64,000 bases of DNA, taken from Octopus bimaculoides. Its lineage: Eukaryota. The stretch spans positions 11,676,266 through 11,740,265 of the forward strand of contig NC_068984.1 of NCBI RefSeq assembly GCF_001194135.2, written 5' to 3'. A program made the position numbers and the translations under genes. Each line of letters begins with the position of its first letter. Position 1 is the stretch's first letter. Below are positions 25,231 to 36,700 of this stretch, in pieces. The notes under the pieces were generated by a model. The model was not told where the DNA came from. It saw only the letters and a program-made list of their open reading frames with translations, and searched no databases.

Positions 25231-25443
25231 CCCTTTAACATTTAGATTACTCTGTCTAGTGTAATGCTTCTTTATTTACGTTGCTTTGAATTAATTTCAT
25301 TGCTTCCATATTTCAATAATATGATTGTTTATTTTTAGAATAACATTGCAGGGTAAGTGTAAGAGGCCAGTCTGGCTGATTTGAACATAAAAGAGGTTGA
25401 GTATTTGGGCCAGATATGGCCAGTTTAAATAAATGCTAAAGGG
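25231..25443. mobile_element. piggyBac-type MITE, second family (related remnant near 52645-52810)
   Basis: TTAA|CCCTTTAACATTTA ... TAAATGCTAAAGGG|TTAG. Confidence 0.78.
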
Positions 25444-25916
25444 TTAGAAAGATAAAACAGTGAAAATCAAAAAGATAATGTTATTGCTTAATCCCAGGTT
25501 AACCTCATTTTAACAAACTTACAATCAAAAGCCTTCCACCCATGACCATCACATCTTTTTAAGACTAACCCAAACTACATCATCCACACAATTGAGTTGG
25601 GAAGTTCCCTTCACAACCATGAGGCACCACATTTGATTGACTCAAGCCTTGGATGGAAACTGTATGGAATCTCATCAGACAGATTGTATTTGTAATTCAA
25701 AGGTCCAGCCTTATCATGTAGTATGATGCTGATTTACCCTGATATGTTAACAGTGCATGTGTACACAGAATACTCAACCATTTTAACATAAATTCAATGA
25801 GTCGGTGGTTGAGTTGATTGAACAGCTGAGTGTTCATTGTGGAAACTGACTGAGGATTCATTACCATCATCTAACACTTCAACATCTAATGTGATTTTAG
25901 AGATGAAAAAATATCA

Positions 25917-26644
25917 CATAAACCATTTATCTTTTACTTGTTTCAATCATAAACCATTTATCTTTTACTTGTTTCAATCATAAACCATTTATCTTTTACT
26001 TGTTTCAATCATAAACCATTTATCTTTTACTTATTTCATTCATAAACCATTTATCTTTTACTTGTTTCAATCATAAACCATTTNNNNNNNNNNNNNNNNN
26101 NNNNNNNNNNNNNNNNNNNNNNNNNNNNNNNNNNNNNNNNNNNNNNNNNNNNNNNNNNNNNNNNNNNNNNNNNNNNNNNNNNNNNNNNNNNNNNNNNNNN
26201 NNNNNNNNNNNNNNNNNNNNNNNNNNNNNNNNNNNNNNNNNNNNNNNNNNNNNNNNNNNNNNNNNNNNNNNNNNNNNNNNNNNNNNNNNNNNNNNNNNNN
26301 NNNNNNNNNNNNNNNNNNNNNNNNNNNNNNNNNNNNNNNNNNNNNNNNNNNNNNNNNNCAATCATAAACCATTTATCTTTTACTTATTTCAATCATAAAC
26401 CATTTATCTTTTACTTGTTTCAATCATAAACCATTTATCTTTTACTTGTTTCATTCATAAACCATTTATCTTTTACTTATTTCATTCATAAACCATTTAT
26501 CTTTTACTTGTTTCAATCATAAACCATTTATCTTTTACTTGTTTCAATCATAAACCATTTATCTTTTACTTATTTCAATCATAAACCATTTATCTTTTAC
26601 TTGTTTCAATCATAAACCATTTATCTTTTACTTGTTTCAATCAT
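25917..26644. repeat. 31-bp minisatellite (CATAAACCATTTATCTTTTACTTGTTTCAAT)n spanning a 275-N gap
   Basis: Period of 31 measured; about 5 units left and about 9 right of the gap. Confidence 0.95.
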
Positions 26645-28550
26645 TGGACAGCAGCCATGCTGGGGCATCACCTTGAGGGTTTTTAGTCTAACAGGTCAAC
26701 CTCAGTGTTATTTTCAAGCCTGGTACTTACTCTGTCAATGTCCTTTGCCAAACCATTAAGCTACAAGGACATAAATAAACCAACACCAATCATAAAGTGG
26801 TGGTGTCAGACAAACACAGATACAAAGACACACGTAACAGGCTTCCACACAGTTCATTTCCATCTACCAAATTCACTCACAAGACATTGAGTCTCGTGTT
26901 ATAGTAGAGGACACCTAGGACACCCAAAGTGTCGTGCAGTAGGACTGAACCTGAAATGACCAGGTTGCAAAGCAAGCCATTCAACCACACAGCCATACCT
27001 GTGCCTAGGGTAACATTTTATCTTCTCATTAATAAAGAAAGGGAGATGTACTTCCACAAACATTTGGCCAGGCTCTGTTTTATGTCAGCTTTAAGAACTG
27101 CTGTAGGTGGTGAATAAAATGGATATGGAGGGTTAAAAAGTGGAATCTGAGAAAAGCAGAAACTTTTTTTTAAGAGTGAAGGTTTTTATTCATGATTAAT
27201 TACATAAGTTATATTATTAATCACAATTTGCAAAAGTCAACAGTTAAATGGTAAAAAGAAAATTAACCAACAAAAGTAAATAAAATAAAAAGGTGCATAA
27301 CACTTCATTACTTATATATTGCACCAGGGTGTATATGTGCCTCCACTAGAAATTGTTCAGGCAACCCAAAACATGGTTAAACTGTGGGTAGTCATGAAAA
27401 GTGAGGTACTGGAAACATCCAAGCACCATCAGTCATGACACTGACAGCGACCAAGCTCCCACAATCTTCTCAAATGTCACAAGTTGAGAAAATGTAATTC
27501 ACTGACAAATTACAGTATTTTAGTATTTTATTCCATTCCATAGTAATCTATGATAGTGGAAAATTATTTGATAAAGTTTGTCAAATTGTGATAAATTTGA
27601 TTTAAATGGTGCATTTTAATGTTTTGTGCAGGAAATGATATATATATATATATGTCATCATCATCATCATTATCATCATCGTTTAACGTCCGTTTTCCAT
27701 GCTAGCATGGGTTGGATGGTTCAACCGGGGTCTGCGAAGCCAGGAGGCTGCACCAGGCTCCAGTCTGATCTGGCAGAGTTTCTACAGCTGGATGCCCTTC
27801 CTAACACCAACCACTCTGTGAGTGTAGTGGGTGCTTTTTATGTGCCACTGACACAGGGGCCAGAGGAGGCCGGCAATGGCCACGATCAGGTGGTACTTTT
27901 TACGTGCCACTGGCATGGAAGCCAGTCAAGGCGATGCTAGCATTGGCCATGTTCGGATGATGCTTTTTATGTTCCACTGGCACAGGTATCACAACTACAA
28001 CTTCCATTTGATTTTCATTTTGATGTTAATGTACTTGACTCAATAGGTCTCCTCAAGCACAGCAGGTCACCCTACGATCCAAGGTACATTTGAATGGTCT
28101 GGGACTGGTTATGCGAAACTGGTGTAGGATACAGCCATGAACTCACTTTATTTGCTGGGTCTTTNNNNNNNNNNGTTATGCGAAACTGGTGTAGGATACA
28201 GCCATGAACTCACTTTATTTGCTGGGTCTTTGCAGTCACAGCGTATCTCCAGAAGTCTTGGTTTATCGTCATACATATATATGTCCTGTTTTTTTACTCC
28301 ATAGACTGAGCAAAAGACTTTGGTAGAATGTAGATTAATAGCTGTCCTTCGAAGTCCCATACCTGATGCGAAATGAAAAGGGTATTTGTTTTACTTTCAT
28401 CTCTTGTCTCTGTATTCCTGTTTTATACAACGGAAATTTAACATACATTTTTATAATTTTATTTTACACTCCAAACTATTATGCATGGTGTAAAACAGAA
28501 CAAGCAAAAATAATATGAGAAATCCCAAATGATATAAAAGTAACTTTATT

Positions 28551-28925
28551 GTGCCGCCTGACTGGCTCCTGTGCTGGTGGCACATAAAAAGCATTATTCA
28601 AGCGTGGTCGATGCCAATACCACCTGACTGGCTCCTATGCTGATGGCATGTAAAACGCACCATTCTGGCGTGGTCAATGCTAGTACCATCTGACTGGCTT
28701 CCATGCCAGTGGCATGTAAAAAGCACCATTCAAGTGTGGTTGATGCCAGTGCCGCCTGACTGGCTCCTGTGCTGGTGGCACGTAAAAAGCGCCATTCAAG
28801 CATGGTCGATGCCAGTACTGCCTGACTGGCTCCCATGCCGGTGGCATGTAAAAAGCACCCTCCAAGCATAGTTGATGTCAGTACTGCCTCACTAGCCCTC
28901 ATGCTGGTGGCACGTAAAAAGCACT
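28551..28925. repeat. 66-bp tandem array (about 6 diverged units) inside an RTE-tailed SINE-like element
   Basis: CCTGACTGG-like anchors at 28557, 28623, 28689, 28755, 28821, 28887. Confidence 0.92.
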
Positions 28926-30139
28926 CACTCTCAGAGTGGCTGGCGTTAGAAAGGGCATCCAGCTGTAGAAATTTTGCCAGATTAGATTGGGGCATGGTGC
29001 AGCCTTCTGGATTGCCAGTGCTCAGTCAAACTGTCCAACCCATGCCTGCATGGAAAGTGGACATTAAACGACGATGATGATGATAATGATAAATCATATG
29101 TAACATATACATAATGTTGGTGGATTCATATCCGTTTATTCAATATCCAAAAATAAAACAAGGAAAAAGAGAAACAAGGAATGAAAATTTTGATTCTGAT
29201 TTTTTTTTTATACCCTTAATTTTCAATGTTTAACATTTTTGCCCTTCCCCTCATTCTCATTCCTATTTCCTGTCCCATGAAGTATGGGACTTCGAGTGAC
29301 AGCTTTTCCAAAACTCTACCGGAACCACTAGGTGGTTGCCTGACCTGTTAAAACTGGCAGCCAAATTAGCCTCAAATCACAACCAACCGTTTGTAGTCCT
29401 GGATATCTAGATGTACTGCACATGGAAAAAATAAATTTAAATAAAATCGATTGGTCACTGCTGTAATGCCATCGATCGTGGATCATGATCAGTTCTGACA
29501 TGGGGCTAAACATTAATTGAACCAGCCACTAATTTCCCATATATATTTCCTCAGTGTAATCTTTTCTTTTTCAGTCATTAGACTACAGCTATGCTGGGGC
29601 ACCGCCATGAAGAATTTTTAGTCGAACGTATCGACACTAGCGCTTAATTTTTTTAAAGCCTGGTACTTATTCTATCGGTCTCTTTGCCGAGCAGCTAAGT
29701 TATGGGGACGTAAATACACCAGCACAGGTTTCAAACATGGTAGTGGTTGGGAGACAAATACACACACAGATATATGTATATACATATATACGAGCTTCTT
29801 TCAGTTTCCGTCTATCAAATCTACTCAGAAGGCTTTAGTCGGCCTGAGGCTGTAGTAGAAGACACTTGCCAACGGTGCCATGCAGTGGGACTGAACCCCG
29901 AACCACATGGTTGGCAAGCAAGCTTCTCACCACACAGCTACGCCTGTGCCTATATTTTTGTTAGATACAGTACATTGTAAAAGGAAAGAAAAAATCACAG
30001 CTGTAATGCCATTGGTTACAGGTCTGTAAGGTGGGAGTAAACATTAACTAAACCTTCGGATTTCTCCCAAACATCTAGTTACAACTAACTATAACCATCA
30101 ATATAGATAAATGCATTTTCAGCAAAACAATGTCAACAT

Positions 30140-30497
30140 AATGTGTTGCTGTTGACACTCCGTCGCTTACGATGTCGAGGGTTCTAGTTTCACGGAACAG
30201 CCTCCTCGTGAAATTAACGTGCAAGTGGCTGAGCACTCCACAGACACATGTACCCTTAACGTAGTCTTCGGGGATATTCAGCGTGACAAGGCTGACCCTT
30301 TGAATTACAGGCACAACAGAAACAGGAAGTAAGAGTGAGAGAAAGTTGTGGTGAAAGAGTACAGCAGGGTTCGCCACCATCCCCTGTTGGAACCTCGTGG
30401 AGCTTTAGGTGTCTTCGCTCAATAAACACTCACAATGCCCGGTCTGGAAATCGAAACCGCGAGTCCGCTGCCCTAACCACTGGGCCATTGCGCCTCC
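30140..30497 (-). mobile_element. tRNA-derived SINE family D directly upstream of FBXO7
   Basis: Minus-strand head GGAGGCGCAATGGCCCAGTGGTTAGGGCAGCGGACTCGCGGTTTCGATTTCC; related remnants near 14060-14350 and 22290-22400. Confidence 0.75.
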
Positions 30498-30521
30498 CAA
30501 CATAATGTAAACGTTTTAATA

Positions 30522-30530
30522 ACCGGAAGT
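30522..30530 (+). promoter_or_regulatory. ETS/GABP-type motif ACCGGAAGT in the presumptive FBXO7 promoter
   Basis: Consensus match 82 nt before the ATG; common in housekeeping promoters; function untested. Confidence 0.45.
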
Positions 30531-30612
30531 AAATCTTTCGAATTAAAGTTAAACAATGTATATATTTACACTTTGCTAAAATAGTTTGGTTTGTGTCAAC
30601 TTGAGGGACAGA

Positions 30613-30740
30613 ATGAAGGTTAGGGTCCGATTCGGGTCGATGACCAAAGTGATTCCCATCGATGATGAAATCGCAAATTTTGTTCAGTTGTCAGAACTTC
30701 GAAGACTTATCCACGAAGCATTTGGTGATTCCTTGACCGG
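30613..30740 (+). CDS. FBXO7: FBXO7 exon 1 (MKVRVRFGSMTKVIPIDDEIANFVQLSELRRLIHEAFGDSLT-G), phase 2
   Basis: ATG at 30613 gives an open frame of 128 nt ending at donor GG|GTATGT; resembles human MRLRVR start. Confidence 0.88.
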
Positions 30741-33700
30741 GTATGTGTGACTCGTTTTCCCCCCCCCCCCCACTTCTTTTCCTTTCTCGAAACTGCATTA
30801 GCCCCGGTTTCTCATATATTTGTTTTATAATTCTCTTCACATTTAGGTTGCTTTACAGGAATATTCTAGATTTAACTGTGCACCTGTCCGCTACTCGGGT
30901 TTAATTCTAGTTTACCGACCGTAAATAATATATAGAAAGAAAGTTTTGTTACATGCTGCTATCTATATCACAATGTTATATGAATGAAGCCTTCTTTTTG
31001 AAAGGAAAGGAAAACGAATTTGTAACGTTCTCACTTTTATTTTTCTAGAGAATAAATGATGTGAAGGCCATAATCGCCACCCTTTTTTTCCCCCCAGAGG
31101 GTCGCCAATTCGATTTAGCGACGCTTCATGTTTGCTCTATGCGAAAAAATTGTTTTTTTCCCAATTACAGCTGTCTTGTAAAAGGTAATTGTTATACTGA
31201 AAAAGAACGTGAAATTGGGGACAAAAATATTAAAAATTAAATTTTTTGAACAAAAAGTTCTTTCACGGAGGGAAACAACCTCCTTATAACAAAGAGAATA
31301 TGTTCGTATAAACAACAATTGTTTGTATTTCTATGGTTTAGAAGAGGAAGGCACTACTTAAATACAGACGTCCCGATGCAGCTACATAACGATATGTTTT
31401 TATTACGTAGATGCGTTGGGACCTCTGTATTGAAGTAGTACCAACTTATCACCAATTTTCGGTACCTCGGAGATTGGTGGGAACGAAGACCTGGCTGAGA
31501 TGCTTGCAGCAGTGTAGACTCCCTTCACTAAACGTACCCAAAGGCGTAGGAATGGCTGTGTGGTAAGTAGCTTGCTTACAAACCACACGGTTCCGGGTTC
31601 AGTCCCACTACGTGTCACCTTGGGCAAGTGTCTTCTACTGTAGCCTCGGGCCGACCAAAGCCTTGTGAGTGGATTTGGGGATTTGGTAGACGGAAACCTT
31701 AAATACAAGGTTAAATAATTCGGTTCTAAGTCGCCTTATGAAACTTATATTTAATATATCTAATGCACAGTTGTCTCTTTTAATAGTTATGTTTTTTTTT
31801 CTTCTTTCTTTTCTATTCTTTTCAGCTCTTTCTCACTGAGCTTAAATAAAACAGATATTTTCAAAGATGAGACACAAACTCTAAAAGATTGTGAAATTGT
31901 CTCTGGAGATTTACTGCATGTAATCTCTGACAGTTCCTTTGCAGAACCCAATCAAAAGAAAACCAAACCTCTGGATCCACAGGTAAGGGAGAGTCATCTT
32001 AACAAAAATATTTATTACTTCAGATTTCTATTTTGGTTGATAAACTTAACATCATTGTCATCATCATTTAATGTCCATTTTCCAGGCTGGCATGGGTTGG
32101 GCAGTTTGACAGGAACCAGCAAGTCAGAAGACTACACTAAGCTCTACTGTCTGCTTTGGTATGGTTTCTATGACTGAATGCCTTTCCTAACAGCACCATT
32201 TATCCTTTTTTTTTAGTAATATATCTGGAGAAGAAACCATATTCTTTTTCTTTTTCAAGAGATTGATCAATAAATGCACCAAATTTATATTCCTTGTAAA
32301 TTTCGGGAAGTAACTTGTTTATAAATTTATTGAATTCAGAATGTAAAAACAGACGAAATGTTGCCGAGCATTTTACCTGGTGTGATAAAGATTCAGCCAC
32401 TTCTCTGTTCTTTGTGTGTGTGTGTGTGTGTGCCTTCTTGCCTTAACATTGCGTAATTGTTGTAAATAATAAGTGTCATTTATTTCTAGTATTCTATGAT
32501 AACATGTCTGGCCATGGAAATTATTGCCTTGCATGGAAAAAAAATACAAGTTGGTGACAGGAAGAGCATCTGGCTGTAGAAACTGTACCTCAAAACATTC
32601 TATCCAGTTTATGTAAACATGGATAAGTGGATATTAAAAAGATGATGATGATCTCTTATCAAGTGTATTAAAATTTATTGATGTTTTGTTTGATTATAGA
32701 AATAAGAAATGTATTTTTAAAAATTTTTATTTGAAGATGACTGCAAGTAACACCATAAAGGACAGTACAACCTCAAAAGATCCTGAAAATACCACTATTT
32801 CAAGAGAGGAAATTGAACCAGAAGCTACTACATCTCAATCAACATGCAGTTTTGATAATTCCTATTCACCGCAATACATTAGCGGAGACAAAATATCACT
32901 TCAAATGCTCCTGTCAGAAACCCCTTCTAAAAATCTACATCAGTCTCTAATTGTTGCTCTCCACTATTTAATGCTTGACTCTGGATTTTATTTATGTGAT
33001 GTAAGTTTACAAGGGAACATTTTCTTTTGCTTGTTTTTTACTCCTTAATTCTAATAAGCTATTATGGCACCATGTATTCCATATATTTCTGTGGAAATAC
33101 AATAACATAGCCCCTATCAAAATAGCAATTGTTCATTATCTGTTTCATCTAAAAAATGTTAATTATTGTATTGACATAGAAAAGTAATTTTCAGCCATTT
33201 TGATTGAAATAATAAATTCATGCGGAATTGCAAAGATTCTTATTTTACAAATTGGCCTTGAGCTGCTTTGTTTATTTCCTGGGTGATCCTGAGTTTATCA
33301 TATAATTGCAAACTTCCCATCAAAATACAACAGTAATTTTTATCATATTCTTTCATAAATTCCTCTTTTAGTGATACACTTTTGACTCCTCTTCTTTATT
33401 TTCTTCTAGTAATTAAACATTTGATCTCCACTTCTTTTTTCTTCTATTTTTGAAGGAGAAATATTAATGTTAAAATGAAGAGTTGTTTAAAAATATATAC
33501 TATTTGCTTCAATTTTGCTGTTAAACATTTACCTCTGTGTCTAGCGTAGACACAAAGAGAACTCCCTTGACATTTTGTATTATAAAAATTGTTTTCTCAT
33601 TTTATTCTTTTTTCAAGGGTTCTGAAATCCCAGACGTTAATACATATGCAGAATGTTGTGATGTCAAGAACCAGTTGAGCAAGTTTGCCGATATTCTGAA

Positions 33701-36700
33701 AGCTGCTGAATTTTACAAATTGTATTACTTCCACCCTTTCTGTAAAGGAGCGATGTGTTTAATGATTTGTATTCCAATGGGATCTAAGCTTGTTATCAAT
33801 GGTAGTCTTTTATATTTTTGTATAAGTTTACTTTTACTTGTAGCATTATTTAGGCATATATGCCTTGCTTCCCTGGGCATAGATACATTGAAGCTCCAAC
33901 GTCTGGTAACTGACTTGGTAAACACCCACAAAATTATTAACCATCGTGCCAACAACCACTTTGAGCACCTTTTCGTGCTCCATGTGTCTAACACATGTGG
34001 GCATGCTTACAAAGTCAGAAACCAGCACAGCTCCCATGACTTTTGGAAACATTTTTCCACACTGAAAGTTGTTGAAGCATGGAACAAATTACCTGCATCC
34101 TTTAAAACCTCCATACTTCCTGAAATTCACCAAAACTGCACCTGATACCCACCTCCCTCCATACACATGCACACATGTATCAGGTTGGTGCATAATTATT
34201 GTGGCTTTTTTCAACAAATTTTATTCAACAAAAACATGCAACAAAAAAAATGCTTTTAGTGCCCTAAAGCATGTAATATATGCCAAACTTTGCATATAGG
34301 GCCCAGGGTGATCCTTCAGAAACATCTTTTTGAGAAAAAAAAGTACATCTATACAATCAAATATGGTAATTGATTGTTTGAACTTCAGTACTTGGACTCC
34401 ATAATAATGAAAGATGAAGTTTACCCTAGTAAGATTCTAACCCGGATTGTAAATAGATATAAACTAAACACCATCAGGCATTTTGTCTCATTCTACCGGT
34501 TTCACAAATCCACCAATTAAAACTTCCTGAAGTTGGTTCACCTATATAACTGTTCATACTTAACTAATTACAATCATGTCAGATTCACTTTAAGTTTGCA
34601 TAAAACTGTCATTTTTCTCTTTAATGAGGGAAGTTTTGCATAACTTTTTAAGAACAGAACAAATTAATATTGATTTAATACTATTTTCTTCTGCTGACAG
34701 GTAAAGTTGTGGCACCTAAAGTGGAAAACAGCAGTTTACCAAAAGCTATTTTGTGCCCTAAGGAATATGTCAACGAAGAGAGCAACTCAGGTTTGTGTTT
34801 TTTAATGCTTTTGAGTCCAACCCATCTGAGACCACCCTCGTTCAGATACAAACTTCCTGTTTTAAAATGATATCCAAATTAAGCAATTTTAACCATGAAA
34901 TATAAAAGTTTTAGCATGAAGTATTCTCAAAAAATCATTTGTTTTTTGCCTTTCAGAGTCTTCTACAACTTCCTACCAAAAGCTACCTAAGCTGACTCGC
35001 ATTTTCAAAGATACTTTTGTCTTGTGTATGTTGGGAGAACTAAAACATGGTTAGTACTTTGACACTCTTTTTATAAATTTGTGTGAAAAATACGATTTAA
35101 AGACAGTTTCTTTAAAATTGTGTTTGATCAGCAGTGCTCAGACACACAACACCAGTTGATTATCAAATACAACCTTTAGATTGAAACCCCAGACACAGGA
35201 CCACAGCACAAGCAGAATCAATATGGTGGTTAGTTTATGCCTTCATTATCATAAGCAACATTTTATGCACATTTTCTGATGCTTGCAAATTGATTGGGTC
35301 TTCTAGCACAACATCTCACCAATTGTTTGCAGTCTATTGTTAGCCTCCTGAGATCAGTCTTCACCACTTCCACCCATGCCTTCCCCTACTGTAGTTTCCC
35401 ATTATTTGGACCATTTGGCTCTTTTTTACCCTACTATCATCTTTCATATACATTCAATGATATAGGGCCAACTGACGAAGGGGTATACTCTTTATGTTGC
35501 ATGTTTCATTTCTGTGTTTTTTTTTCGTTGTTCAAAAAAAAGTTCGTTTTCTATGTTTTTGTTTTTATGTTTTCGTTTCTCATTGTGTTCAACGTTTTTT
35601 TGATGTCCTGTACCCATATATGCATGTATATATACATATATATGTAGGTATGTACATACATGTATGGATATATGCATATATTTATATATCATTCAATGAT
35701 ATATCCGTATAAATACAGTTTCGTCTCTGCTACACTACTGTAATTCTCCTTCACACATATTTTTCCCTCTCAACTCATTATTACTCCATTGTTCATGGAT
35801 GTTAATCATCGTCGCCGTTGTCATTTAACATCTGCTTTCCATGCTGGCATGGGTTAGATGGTTTGACTGAGGGCTGGCAAACCAGATGGCTGCACCAGGC
35901 CAAGCTAAGTTTCTACAGCTGGATGCCCTTCCTAACGCCGACCACTCCAAGAGTGTAGTGGGTGCTTTTTATGTGCCACCGGCACAAGGGTCAGTCAGGC
36001 GACCTGGCATCAACCACACTTGAATGGTGCTTTTTACATGCGACCAGCACGGGAGCTAGTCAGGCGGTACTGGCAACAACCACACTTGAATGGTGCTTCT
36101 TACGTGCCACCAGCACATGAATCCAATGGTCAGTACAAGAATTTGGCAACCTTATTCACTGTCCATGGAAGAGGAAATTCTTCTAAATCTGGTCCCTAAT
36201 AGAGCATGCTTACCTCATTTCTTTCCATGCAATGTTGAACTTTGCCCTTCATTCTGAAGGAGAATTTCTTTGTTGCCAATTCATGTAGTAGATCCCTGAT
36301 CTTTTCCCACCCTGACTGTTTTACTTTTACACAACATCACCACATGATTAGAGGGATGCTAAATCACTTGTAAAGGATTTTGTTAACAAAAATAAAGTGC
36401 AACAGTTAAAATGGATTGAAATCAAATTCTGAATGTTTGTCTTGCAGAAATTGCTCCCCTTCGACTAATACCTTCTGGTGATGTTATATTCCCCGGCAGA
36501 GCTATTTCCAAGAAAACATTTGGAAATTAAAACAAGTTTTTTTTCTCAGCATTTTGCTGGAATGCATTGTTGCTTACTAGACCAACATCTCACCTTTCAT
36601 ATCTTTATCTTGCTTTTGCTACCTGAATAAAGTCCAACAAATCCTCCAGAACTCTTACATCCACTGGCACAATAGTGTCAAACTATGGCTTTTGAACTTA

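Noticed and set aside
28108-28231. 57-bp direct repeat
   Set aside because: Identical copies flank a 10-N gap; typical unmerged contig overlap.
28551-28925. 66-bp array as a CRISPR-like locus
   Set aside because: No unique spacers, the whole unit is homologous, it is embedded in a SINE-like repeat, the context is eukaryotic and there are no cas genes.
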